Source: Candidatus Latescibacterota bacterium
GTDB taxonomy: Bacteria; Latescibacterota; UBA2968; UBA8231
DNA length: 64,000 nucleotides
Direction of reading: 5' to 3'
Assembly (NCBI GenBank): GCA_965243025.1
Contig: CBDETY010000003.1
Coordinates: 5,920,001-5,984,000, forward strand
Under the pieces are notes generated by a model. That model searched no databases. It had not been told where the DNA came from and saw only the letters and a program-made list of their open reading frames with translations. The position numbers and the translations under genes are program-made. Of the stretch, positions 20,601-29,621 are shown piece by piece (the stretch's first letter is position 1; the number at the start of each line of letters is the position of its first letter).

Positions 20601-23600
20601 AGTGACGACCGGTGCCGGGGGGGCGATGACTCTGACGATTGGGGATGGTATAGGGGAGGATGGTTCTACTTCTGACCCCACGGATACTCCTCTGGATCCG
20701 GGCACCAAGTACTTTGTGCGGGTGATCGCCACCAGCCTCGGTGGGGACAACGACCCCTCAGATCCTGAAGTATCAGGCACGCCGGCGCCGGCAGATTTTA
20801 CCGACTTTGAAGGTGTCGACGCCGGAGACCGCTTAAAGGTGGAACCAGGTAAGGAGGCAGGGACGCTTGATGTATTTTGGAATACGGTAACAGGGGCCAC
20901 GGCATACACGGTGCAGTGGAAGTGGGGCAGCAGTGCGGCGTACGAAGGGAGCCAGAGCGGCGAAGACATGGCGACCGAAGTCTGTTATACGATTACGGGT
21001 CTGACCGCGGGCACCCCGTACACGGTGCGGGTGATCGCCGAAAACGCGACCGGCCAGACAACGCCCTCGCATGGAAATGACGGGGGGGTCACCGAAATTC
21101 CGAAGCCGGGCAAGGTGACGGGGGTGGGTGTGGTATCAGAGGAGACGGCCCAGCTTACGGTGTCATGGACCCGGTTCCGGGAAACTGGAATTGCCTACAA
21201 AGTGCAGTGGAGGGCATCGGATGATTCTTGGCCGGCTTCATTTACGGAGGGCACAAATCAATTTACGGAGACCGGGTCCAATAATAGCTATACGATTACT
21301 ACGGGTCTGACCGCGGGCATCGAGTACACGGTGCGGGTGATCGCCACGAGCGGGGTGGATAGTGACAACGACGGAACGTACGAAATGGGCGGCGACGGCG
21401 AGCCCTCAGAGGAAAAACCAGGCACGCCGATACCCCCGCGGGTAACCGTGGCTGACCACTCCCTTGCTTTTGACGGCACCATCCCCGGGGAGGTGACGGT
21501 ATCGTGGACCACCGTTGCCGGGGCAACGGAATACAAGGTCGAGTGGAGGCGGGGGGGGAGTAGAACTCGGCCGTTTACCGTCGAGCCTCTTACTAAGGAA
21601 TTTTCATACAGGCTTACGGGACTTTCGGCGGGCGACTACGAGGTGCAGGTTTCTGCCAAAAACGACGGGGGCTTTGGGCTTCCATCTGTTGTTGATCCAT
21701 CCGCGACACCAACTGTTCCTCTCTCGTTCACGGTGACCGGCGGCTCTGTCGACCGGGTGACGGGCGTGGAGGTGGAGCCCGGCGTGGACGAACTCGAAGT
21801 ATCGTGGAACCGGGTCTCGGGGGCTACCGGCTACAGGGTGCAGTGGAAGTCCGGGACCGAGGGGTACGACGACTTAACTGTTGCGACGGATGATCCTGAC
21901 GACAGAACCGCTACTCCTACTTCTACTGATCCTTCTCCTGTGACCGGAACGAGTTATAAGATAACGGATCTGATTCCGGGCACCCCGTACACGGTGCGGG
22001 TGATCGCCGTAGGTTCGACGACAGCCCCGATTTTCGGTAGCGCTGGCGTCGGAAGCCCCTCCCATTTAAGCACTGGCGAACCAGGCTACACCACTGGGAG
22101 CCCCACCGGGGTCATCGGCACGCCGGAACCGGGCAAGGTGACGGGGGTGGCGGTGACTGCCGCCGCGGAAGAGCTCACGGTAACGTGGGAGGAGGTTTCC
22201 GGGGCCCATAGATACACGGTGCAGTGGAAGTCGGGGAGGCAGGGCTACAGCGACGTACGTTGCAAATTATTACCGGAGAACGACGCTACGGCGACCCCCC
22301 CCATTGAGAACAATCTCGGCTCCAACCCACCGGAGACCATTACCCTTTCAATCGACGAGTTGGGTAGTGACAGAACCCTGTTTGATGTGGGTGCCAGGTA
22401 CACGTTTCGGGTTTTCGCCACAAGCGCCTCCCTCCCCCTATCGGCCACGTCTGTTACAGTCAACGGCCTGCCCTCCGACGACGGCTCAACGGCCTCCGAC
22501 ATTGCCAAGCCTGCCCAAGTGACGGAGGTGAAGGTGAAATCCGGCAGAGACGAGCCGGGGCCGGGGAAACTTCTGGTGGAGTGGAAAGAAGTGGACGGGG
22601 CCGATGACTACGCGGTGGAGTGGAGAGACCCAGACGCCACTCCCCCCCAGGATGCTTGGGACGAAGGCAGAACCGCGTCGCGGAATCCCCGCCACGTCCC
22701 CGGTATTACGGGGACGAGCCACACGATTTCTGGTTTGCCGGGCGGCACCCTGTATGAGGTGCGGGTTTTGGCCCGGAACGATGGCGGCAAGGGACCGTAC
22801 TCATTGATAGTAAGCGGTAGGCCAGCGCTGGATCCGGTGGGGGTGGTGACGGTGGAGACGGTGGCTTCCCAATCCGAGGAACTCAAGGTAACGTGGCCGG
22901 CGGTCACGGGGGCCAAAGGCTACAAGGTGCAGTGGAGGAAGTCGTCGGAGACGGAGTACGACGAAGACGACGTCCGGCAGACGGTCGGTACAAGTGATAC
23001 AATTCAGGATCTGGATCCGGGGACCGAGTACACGGTGCGGGTGACCGCCACCCTGATACTGGGCTCCGGTAACATGCCGAAGGAACACGACGGCGTGCCC
23101 TCAGCGGAACAAACAGGCCTGACGGTGCCGGCCCAGGTGACGGAAGTTGAGGTGGATCCCGGTGTAGAACAGCTCACAGTAGAGTGGAAGGAGATCCCCG
23201 ATGTCACCGGCTACAAGGTGCAGTGGAGGGATGCGAAGCAGGTAGCCTCTTGGGGTGAGGATGATTTCACACCCACCGAAGACACCAACCAGAAAACGGT
23301 GACCCCCCCCGCAATGAGGTATACGATTACTACGGGTCTGACCGCGGGCACCGAGTACACGGTGCGGGTGATCGCCACGAACGAGCCCGATCCCCCAACC
23401 CCCGGGGACGCCAGCGACGGGGGCGACGGACCGGCCTCGGCTGACAAAAAGGGTACCCCGACGGAACTCAAGGATGGCCAAGTGGCGCTCGATGAGGGGG
23501 ACGTGGTGCCCGGCCTGAATCAGCTCACGGTATCGTGGGACCCGGTCACGGCCCCGACGGGCGTCACCGACTACAGGGTGCAGTGGACGTCGGGCTCAGA

Positions 23601-26600
23601 TGACGATGACTTCGACGACTTAAAGTACACAGCTGATGATCCTGACGACAGCACCGCTACTGTCACCGGAACCAGTTATACGATAGCGGGTCTGATGGCG
23701 GGCACCGAATACGCGGTAAGGGTAATCGCTGTCCTGTCGCCCACGGAGGATGGAACCCCCTCGAATACGGTCTATAAAACCCCGTTGTCTCGTCTGGGCC
23801 AGGTAGCGAACGTGGATGTAACTCCCGGCCCGAACATGCTCACTGTATCATGGGACGTGCTTCCAGGGGCGGACGGCTACAAGGTGCAGTGGAGGTCGGG
23901 GCCAACGGAAACGTTCACGGATGCCGCGACCGACGGCCGCCAACTTACGCCGACCACTACAACGCAGGAGATTCCGGACCTGACGGCAGGCACCCTATAC
24001 ACGGTACAGGTGATTGGTACAAACCAGAGCGGAGATGGAGAAGCTTCGGAAATGGCCACGGGTACTCCGACGCTGGGCAAGGTGGCCAATGTGCGGACGG
24101 CTGCCGGCGTAGGGACCCTCACGGTATCCTGGGACGCAGTCGCGGACGCCACCGGCTACACGGTCGAGTGGAAGTCGGGAACCCAGGCTTGGGATCCCAG
24201 CCGCAGCCGACCGGTCCCATCCGGGCTGAGAACCACGATTCCGAGCCTGACCGCGGGTACGAAATACACGGTACGAGTGACCGCCACCTTGGGTCAGCTC
24301 CTGGGAATGTCTTCTGAGGAGGCCATGGGCACGCCGACCCAGCGGCGGCCCTCTAGACCCTCTACCCCATCTACACCCTCTACACCCACTCCTCAGCCTC
24401 CCACTACGCCACCCACGACGCCTACGACGCCGCCTGTCACCACTGCGCCCAAAGACCCGAAACCGGGCAAGGTAGTGCTCTCGTCGGTGAAGGCGGGAGA
24501 AGAAGGCGGGCAGCTTGCGGTGAAGTGGCGTGTGATGGCCAAAGCATCCGGATACAAGGTGCAGTGGAAGTCGGGAGACCAGGATTTCTCCTCGTCTCGC
24601 CAGGCCAGAGTAAGCGGAATGCTCGCGGTCAACTACGTCATTGGCGATCTGGACTATACAATCGAATACATGGTACGGGTCATCGCCTACAACTCTCACG
24701 GCGATGGACCGGCTTCGGATAGCCGCAAGGGAACTCCGAAGCGCGGCGTACCCAAGAACAACCTCGCCATAGAAGATCCGGACGAGGCTCGCACCGTCGG
24801 TCAGGCCATTTCCCTGACGGTATCGGTGGCTGAGGAAGGCGCTCATGTCCTCGAAGTAACCGGAGGCCGGGGCGTCACGCTGAGCGGAGACGGGGTAACC
24901 GATCAGGGTGGCGGCTCGGCTCAGTTGGATGCGGACTCCTGGTCTGAAGGACAGCGCACCGTCGTCCTGAACGACACGGTAGGTCCGGACGTACTGTCCA
25001 TCGTGCTCCGCAACACGGACGGTGATTCCCTGGCCGGGCTCTCCGGGATCATGTACAACCCGGGCGAGGCCAGTCAGTTGGTGGTCACCGGATTGCCGGA
25101 TACGCTGGCCGTAGGCCGGGCGTACCGGGGCCAGGTTTCCGCTACGGATTCGTACGGTAACGTCCGCACCGAGGACCGCGAGGTCACCATATCCACCGAT
25201 GCGAGGAACGTCAGTTCGTCCTCCCCGGTGGAGCTGGAGGAGGGTACCGGCGGATTCTGGGTACGCAGCGACGAGGTACCGGCCACGGCTCTGGTGCTGA
25301 CGTTCGAGGATTCGGAGGACAGCGATCTGAGCAGTTCGGTATCGGTGACGGTGCGGCCGTTGGATGCACCGGATCGAGTGGTCGCCGCCGACAACCCGGG
25401 TGATGAGGGCGGATTCGTCCTGCTCACCTGGGATCTGTCCGACGATCATTCCATACTGGACACGTACCGCATCTTCCGGGGTGAGGGTTCGGCCAGAGAA
25501 TGGGGGAGCGTCGCCGCCGCTCCCGGCGCTACGGAAGGCCGGGCAGTAGTAGCCACCCTGGACACGATGTCCTCTGTATGGGGCGTCCTGGGCCAGATCG
25601 GCGGCAGCAGCATGATGGACGATATGGCCTGTATGGCCGACATCGTCGTGACCGGATCGGACGTGGACGGACTGGAGGTACTGGTCTGGCGCACCGGCTC
25701 GGGCAACCGGGTCAGTTCGCCCCGGTCTTCCAACATCCTCTGGAAAGGCACCACGGACGCCACCGGGCAGGTCAGCCTGAGTGTCAACAACTCGGGTCGC
25801 ACCAGCTCCTATGCCGCCACCGCCCGCAGGGACGGTGAGTTGGTAGCCAGCTGGCGCGGTATACAGCTGACTCCGTCCGACTGTCCCAGTCTCGAACTGG
25901 CCATCGGGGGCGAGGCCACGGTAGGCGGAGCGACCGACCAGCGACCGAGCGTCGTTCTGATGTCGTCGATTACGCAGTCGGGTTCGGCTCGCGCCATCGA
26001 CAACACGCCGCCGGCTGCGGCGGGGTCCTTCCGGGCCGTGGATGTCCCCGACGACGACGGAGGCCAAATCCAGTTGTCGTGGACCGAGTCGACCTCGGAC
26101 GTCTCGATAACCCGCTCCGTCGAGGGCGCCGTAGGTCCGGTAACCTCGGACATGAGCCGTGGCGTGGTGGGCTATCGTATCTACCGGGAGTCTGCCGAAG
26201 GGTTTGCTCCCCTCGGGACGGTCGGTCCCGGTGTCACCGGTTTCGTGGATACGACGGCCATCACCGGAATACGGTTCACCTACGTCGTCTCCGCCTTCGA
26301 TCAGGACAACGAGACCGTATCGGAGGAGGAGGAAGCCATGTCCATCCGCAACCGCGAGGAAGACGTCAACGGCAAGCTCATCCAGGGCTTGTTCGGGGCG
26401 GACAAGACCGTCGGCTTCGACGACTACTTCCACTTCGCCGATCACTACGGTTCGTCGGTGGAGGATACGGAATGGGAACCGGCCTTCGATCTGGCCGCCA
26501 AACAGGCCGTGGACATCGACGGATACAACGTATTCGCCGAGAACTTCGGCCGTCAGACCGCTTCGGCCGCCAAGGTCATCCCGCTCGAGCCCGGCCGGAA

Positions 26601-27288
26601 CGAACAGACCCGGCTGGACTTCTTCGGCGGCGTACCGCTTCCGCGAGTCGGTGAAGAGTTCGTCCTGACCCTGCACCTGAGCGACTTCGGTCTGCTCAAG
26701 GGCTACGGCTTCCAGGTCGAGTTCGACGGCGAGGAGCTGGAGGTGGTTCGCGCCGTAGCCGCCGATAACGGCCTCGGGGAGGGCATCCTCGCCAACCCGC
26801 AAGTCCTGGCCGTAGCGGAGGGGAAACAAGCCATCGTCGCCTACGGAGACGAAGTGTCCGAAGGCACCGTGGCGGTGGAGTTGGTGTTCCGCGCCCTGCG
26901 GGAGTTCGAAGACGGTTGGATCAGGATCACTGAGGGCCAGGTCAGAGACGGCGCCTTCGCCGTCAATCCCCTGGTCCTGCCGGCCCCGGTGCAGATGGAG
27001 ACGCTACCTGAGGTCTACGCGCTCGGGTTCAACTACCCGAACCCCTTCAATCCGGAAACCACGATCAAGTACGCGCTGCCACAGGCGTCTGACGTGAAGC
27101 TGGTGGTATACAACTCGATTGGACAGGTGGTCCGAACCCTCGTGAACGAGCGCCAGAGCATCGGCCGCTACGCCTTCACCTGGGACGCGACCAACGACCG
27201 CGGCCAGGCGGTGTCTTCGGGGATTTACCTGTACCGCCTGCAGGCAGGAGAGTTCGCGCAGGTCAGAAAGATGCTGTTGCTCAAGTAG
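17695..27288 (+). CDS. Giant secreted fibronectin type III repeat protein with dockerin-like, cohesin-like and FlgD-Ig/T9SS-like C-terminal sorting domains
   Basis: Signal peptide (..KAQA). 21 FN3 repeats (L.V.W...Y.V.W...Y.VRV.A.N) with a Pro/Thr linker before the last. EF-hand/dockerin-like VGFDDYFHFADHYG, cohesin-like VGEEFVLTL...GYGFQVEFD, C-terminal NYPNPFNPETTIKY...SSGIYLYRL...KMLLLK. Confidence 0.9.
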   Translation: MDNCHESPMKWLRGGMLAVLAVSFLAGKAQAADEGPIDAPDLTVTSGPEKLTVSWKAVEDADAYQIQWREDKTTPDPWGASSSGDITGLKHVIEELDASKTYQVRGFAKDGNGDYSNPSDSDSDTDGDQPHTGTPAPGAVMNVTVTPGSQKLEVSWDRLGVLEEATGTDVRPGYKVQWKWGAEKYSDTRLIEVGQGDVARLSVTINDVDGDATADADGDGENVDPLSAGTEYTVKVTATNAPQTEPTPSVPGDGGDGSPVEKEATPTPAKVGVVTVTNDHEKKSKPGELKVEWGKSAVKEPVVGATGYTVEWKSETDNDYGPNRRITAEDDEFEKTIGEDAPLDPGTRYTVRVYATNASGPGEPSDEMPKSPLPAKVEGVEVESLAEEELTVRWEAVQGATGYTVKWSPKSTKRSTPLTTGAGSETEGTTGSASASGTSHTFSPFTTTADLSSAAIMYDVQVVALNVAGEGGADSEKATGTPRPRQVVLPGVNVTAGHRELMVWWPGLGDGEVDTYTVQWRPTTELSYAPGDQDIVQATDLPTSSGPHRITGLQGGTEYTVRVYATNDGGDGRPSTEIAETPTVPSENGVSGVEVTSGATELTVNWDGIPGATFRVRWVETTTALTSATDFNTAYDADGAVKGEASGIRGTSHRISPLKAGTRYAVEVRATVAGESGTSGFGNAWTKPGPVTGVTVAPTTGEAGRLTVSWKGVVGASSEDGYKVQWRSENQGWDSAREVSVDQVTGFDPTADPPVVTVTTVLGDGDASAGAADPPLDGNTYTVRVIATNDGGDGHPSAVETGTPTPGVVGDLTSDTGVAPTVKPGSRKLEVKWTKAKGATAYTVRWWTGPSGTGFGDAAAKDKGQEKDISEEKYTIPNLKAGVTYMVEVIATNVKKEPGTATAAASGTGPTGTTPLPSKVTDVRVEPEAQSLKVSWTPKGEAEASGFYTGYKVQWRKEYQKKGMGSEEVVTTGAGGAMTLTIGDGIGEDGSTSDPTDTPLDPGTKYFVRVIATSLGGDNDPSDPEVSGTPAPADFTDFEGVDAGDRLKVEPGKEAGTLDVFWNTVTGATAYTVQWKWGSSAAYEGSQSGEDMATEVCYTITGLTAGTPYTVRVIAENATGQTTPSHGNDGGVTEIPKPGKVTGVGVVSEETAQLTVSWTRFRETGIAYKVQWRASDDSWPASFTEGTNQFTETGSNNSYTITTGLTAGIEYTVRVIATSGVDSDNDGTYEMGGDGEPSEEKPGTPIPPRVTVADHSLAFDGTIPGEVTVSWTTVAGATEYKVEWRRGGSRTRPFTVEPLTKEFSYRLTGLSAGDYEVQVSAKNDGGFGLPSVVDPSATPTVPLSFTVTGGSVDRVTGVEVEPGVDELEVSWNRVSGATGYRVQWKSGTEGYDDLTVATDDPDDRTATPTSTDPSPVTGTSYKITDLIPGTPYTVRVIAVGSTTAPIFGSAGVGSPSHLSTGEPGYTTGSPTGVIGTPEPGKVTGVAVTAAAEELTVTWEEVSGAHRYTVQWKSGRQGYSDVRCKLLPENDATATPPIENNLGSNPPETITLSIDELGSDRTLFDVGARYTFRVFATSASLPLSATSVTVNGLPSDDGSTASDIAKPAQVTEVKVKSGRDEPGPGKLLVEWKEVDGADDYAVEWRDPDATPPQDAWDEGRTASRNPRHVPGITGTSHTISGLPGGTLYEVRVLARNDGGKGPYSLIVSGRPALDPVGVVTVETVASQSEELKVTWPAVTGAKGYKVQWRKSSETEYDEDDVRQTVGTSDTIQDLDPGTEYTVRVTATLILGSGNMPKEHDGVPSAEQTGLTVPAQVTEVEVDPGVEQLTVEWKEIPDVTGYKVQWRDAKQVASWGEDDFTPTEDTNQKTVTPPAMRYTITTGLTAGTEYTVRVIATNEPDPPTPGDASDGGDGPASADKKGTPTELKDGQVALDEGDVVPGLNQLTVSWDPVTAPTGVTDYRVQWTSGSDDDDFDDLKYTADDPDDSTATVTGTSYTIAGLMAGTEYAVRVIAVLSPTEDGTPSNTVYKTPLSRLGQVANVDVTPGPNMLTVSWDVLPGADGYKVQWRSGPTETFTDAATDGRQLTPTTTTQEIPDLTAGTLYTVQVIGTNQSGDGEASEMATGTPTLGKVANVRTAAGVGTLTVSWDAVADATGYTVEWKSGTQAWDPSRSRPVPSGLRTTIPSLTAGTKYTVRVTATLGQLLGMSSEEAMGTPTQRRPSRPSTPSTPSTPTPQPPTTPPTTPTTPPVTTAPKDPKPGKVVLSSVKAGEEGGQLAVKWRVMAKASGYKVQWKSGDQDFSSSRQARVSGMLAVNYVIGDLDYTIEYMVRVIAYNSHGDGPASDSRKGTPKRGVPKNNLAIEDPDEARTVGQAISLTVSVAEEGAHVLEVTGGRGVTLSGDGVTDQGGGSAQLDADSWSEGQRTVVLNDTVGPDVLSIVLRNTDGDSLAGLSGIMYNPGEASQLVVTGLPDTLAVGRAYRGQVSATDSYGNVRTEDREVTISTDARNVSSSSPVELEEGTGGFWVRSDEVPATALVLTFEDSEDSDLSSSVSVTVRPLDAPDRVVAADNPGDEGGFVLLTWDLSDDHSILDTYRIFRGEGSAREWGSVAAAPGATEGRAVVATLDTMSSVWGVLGQIGGSSMMDDMACMADIVVTGSDVDGLEVLVWRTGSGNRVSSPRSSNILWKGTTDATGQVSLSVNNSGRTSSYAATARRDGELVASWRGIQLTPSDCPSLELAIGGEATVGGATDQRPSVVLMSSITQSGSARAIDNTPPAAAGSFRAVDVPDDDGGQIQLSWTESTSDVSITRSVEGAVGPVTSDMSRGVVGYRIYRESAEGFAPLGTVGPGVTGFVDTTAITGIRFTYVVSAFDQDNETVSEEEEAMSIRNREEDVNGKLIQGLFGADKTVGFDDYFHFADHYGSSVEDTEWEPAFDLAAKQAVDIDGYNVFAENFGRQTASAAKVIPLEPGRNEQTRLDFFGGVPLPRVGEEFVLTLHLSDFGLLKGYGFQVEFDGEELEVVRAVAADNGLGEGILANPQVLAVAEGKQAIVAYGDEVSEGTVAVELVFRALREFEDGWIRITEGQVRDGAFAVNPLVLPAPVQMETLPEVYALGFNYPNPFNPETTIKYALPQASDVKLVVYNSIGQVVRTLVNERQSIGRYAFTWDATNDRGQAVSSGIYLYRLQAGEFAQVRKMLLLK

Positions 27289-27300
27289 AAGCAGGTGGGT

Positions 27301-27360
27301 AAAGAGGGGGGTTGGGAAAGGAGGCAATTCGTCGTCTCCCTCCCACCCCTCTTTTCATTT
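27301..27360 (+). terminator. Probable intrinsic terminator after the giant FN3 gene
   Basis: Imperfect hairpin aaagagggg...cccctcttt followed by a T-rich tract. Confidence 0.5.
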
Positions 27361-27504
27361 GCAGATTTAGGGGAGATGGGATGTGATTGGGGATGATCCG
27401 CAAACCCTTGAAACCTGGTTCTTTGGGGTGGCCTCCATCGCCAGGGGTCCAGGGGGGAACGAACATCGGCATCCCATCTTCCTTTTTTACCATGGGTTTT
27501 AATA

Positions 27505-27723
27505 TTGGCTGAGAGAAAATACCGGCGTACGACGCACTACCCCGGGCACCTGAGTGTAGCCGTGACCATGGCCACACAAGAGGCCGTGCAGGAAGTCGCC
27601 GACCAGGCTGGTTGGTCGATGGCCGAGACGGTCCGGGAGTGCATCAACGCCGGCCTGCCGATGGTGAGGTCGCAGTTGGCTTCCGATGGAAACCAGAAGG
27701 TTCCTGCCGAGGGCCCCGTCTGA
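27505..27723 (+). CDS. Small ribbon-helix-helix (CopG/Arc-like) protein
   Basis: 72 aa, LSVAVT...VQEVADQAGWSMAETVRECI fits an RHH pattern. TTG start. Confidence 0.55.
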   Translation: MAERKYRRTTHYPGHLSVAVTMATQEAVQEVADQAGWSMAETVRECINAGLPMVRSQLASDGNQKVPAEGPV

Positions 27724-27840
27724 AAGATTGGGGTGGATCAGCTTTCTTCGGGGGGAATTACCTCAGGGGAGGTAGTTCCCCTTTTCTCATGTCGGGGACG
27801 TTCACCGACCATAAAGGTCCCCTTGTGTGGAGAAAGACCA

Positions 27841-28062
27841 ATGAACCGACGTGAACATCACGACCTGATGGTCGTGGTGATTGAATCCGGGGTTCAGATA
27901 GAGAAACTCAACATTCTGAAAACCGAAGTGACCGGAATTGCCCCGTATCCCAAGACCCATGAGGCCCACCGGGTGGTACTGGGCTGTCTGAACATGCTGG
28001 CAGCATCCCTCGAGGAATTCAAAAATGCTGCCAGAGAGGAGATACAGATTACAGGGCCATGA
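27841..28062 (+). CDS. Small hypothetical protein
   Basis: GGAGA RBS, ATG 27841, 73-aa helical-looking ORF followed by a terminator. Confidence 0.4.
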   Translation: MNRREHHDLMVVVIESGVQIEKLNILKTEVTGIAPYPKTHEAHRVVLGCLNMLAASLEEFKNAAREEIQITGP

Positions 28063-28142
28063 ACCCACGTCACATGCTACCGGCCGCCTTTGGTGTATCT
28101 GCCATCGTTTTCCTCCTTTAAGGTGACGGTGGTTGGTGGAGG

Positions 28143-28181
28143 GGGGGCGGCTGCTCGCTACAGCCGCCCCCTTTATTTTTT
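28143..28181 (+). terminator. Intrinsic terminator
   Basis: gggggcggctg-loop-cagccgccccc followed by tttatttttt. Confidence 0.8.
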
Positions 28182-28759
28182 CACATCCGCCGTAGGCACC
28201 GGATCGCCGGCCGCGGTTTCCACAAGCCCTCCCAATCTACCATTCCCGTGCCGGGGACTGTCGCTACCCACCCCCAGCTGCTCTTGAGAACGGCTGTTTG
28301 GGAGGGGCAACCCTTGGCGATTTCACCCCATAGCGCATCCTGATCTCTCGCGAACCGACTTCGAGATACGCCGCCTGAGCGGACGACTCGGGGCAGGTAA
28401 TTCCGTCCACCTTCATTCCATCGAAGGTGGAACGCGATGGGAATTTTCCATGTTGGCGTGAGAGGATCATCTGCCTTGACCAAGGCACCATATCGACATA
28501 CGCTCAGGACCGCATCCCCAGAGGGAGTGGCATGACCCGGACATCCACCCGCGGCACTGGAGGAGCATGATCGCCGCGTCTCCCCGGAGTGACGCCCTCT
28601 ACCAGACTTTCCATCGCGCCGCTCGCAAAACGCCATGACCGAGCGGGGTTCTCGTGCGGGGTCGAGGCCCTCGACACGAAACCGGCTCTTCCTGCAACTT
28701 GGGTCGGTGGCCTCCCATTCTGACAGGGGTTGAAGTCGATTTCCAAGCGTCCCCAAACA

Positions 28760-29572
28760 ATGGCGGATTCCTTCTACAATAAGAGCGTCATCACCACCGG
28801 TGCCTCCTCCGGGTTGGGGGCCGCCCTTGCCCTGGAGCTCGCCCGCCGCGGCGCGAACCTCGCCCTGTTCTCGCCCGAGGCGGAGCAGCAGGAAGAGGTG
28901 GCCTCCCGCTGCCGCCGGCTGGGCGCCGAGGCGGTCTCCGTGATCGGCGACGTCACCAGAGCCGACGACTGCAAGCGGCTTGTCGACGAGTGCGCCGGCC
29001 GCTTCGGCACGGTCGACTACCTCGTGGCCAACGCCGGCATCAGCATGTGGACCTCCTTCGAGGAGGTCGAAAACCTCGAGATCTTCCGCCGCCTCGCCGA
29101 GGTGAACTACCTCGGTGCCGTCAACTGCATCTACCACGCCCTGCCCCATCTCAAGAGCAGCCGCGGCATGATCGTGGCCATCACCTCGATCCAGGCGAGG
29201 ATCGGGGTGCCGAACCACACCGGGTACGTCGCCTCCAAGCACGCCCTGCAGGGGTTCTGCCAGGCGCTGCGCCTGGAGCTGAAGGATGCGGGGGTCGACA
29301 TCCTGACGGTGCTGCCGCACTGGATCTCCGGGACCGACCTGCGCAGGAGAGCGGTCGGCAAGGACGGCGGCGACGTGGGACAGGGGGCGCGCAAGCACAG
29401 CCGGGACGCGATCCCGGTCGACGAGGCCTGCCGCGCCATCGTCAGGGCGATGGAGAAGCGGCAGCGGGAGCTGGTCATGCCGCCGAAGCTGAAAGCCCTG
29501 CTCTGGCTCAGCCTGCTCAGCCCCCGGCTCGCCGATGCCCTGATCGAGAGGGCGGTGAGCAGGCAGCATTAG
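28760..29572 (+). CDS. SDR family oxidoreductase
   Basis: TGASSGLG, ANAG, YVASK. Confidence 0.9.
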   Translation: MADSFYNKSVITTGASSGLGAALALELARRGANLALFSPEAEQQEEVASRCRRLGAEAVSVIGDVTRADDCKRLVDECAGRFGTVDYLVANAGISMWTSFEEVENLEIFRRLAEVNYLGAVNCIYHALPHLKSSRGMIVAITSIQARIGVPNHTGYVASKHALQGFCQALRLELKDAGVDILTVLPHWISGTDLRRRAVGKDGGDVGQGARKHSRDAIPVDEACRAIVRAMEKRQRELVMPPKLKALLWLSLLSPRLADALIERAVSRQH

Positions 29573-29621
29573 CAGGGTGGGCGTTCACCGCGTGATGCCC
29601 CATGGAAAGGACCGCAAGAGT

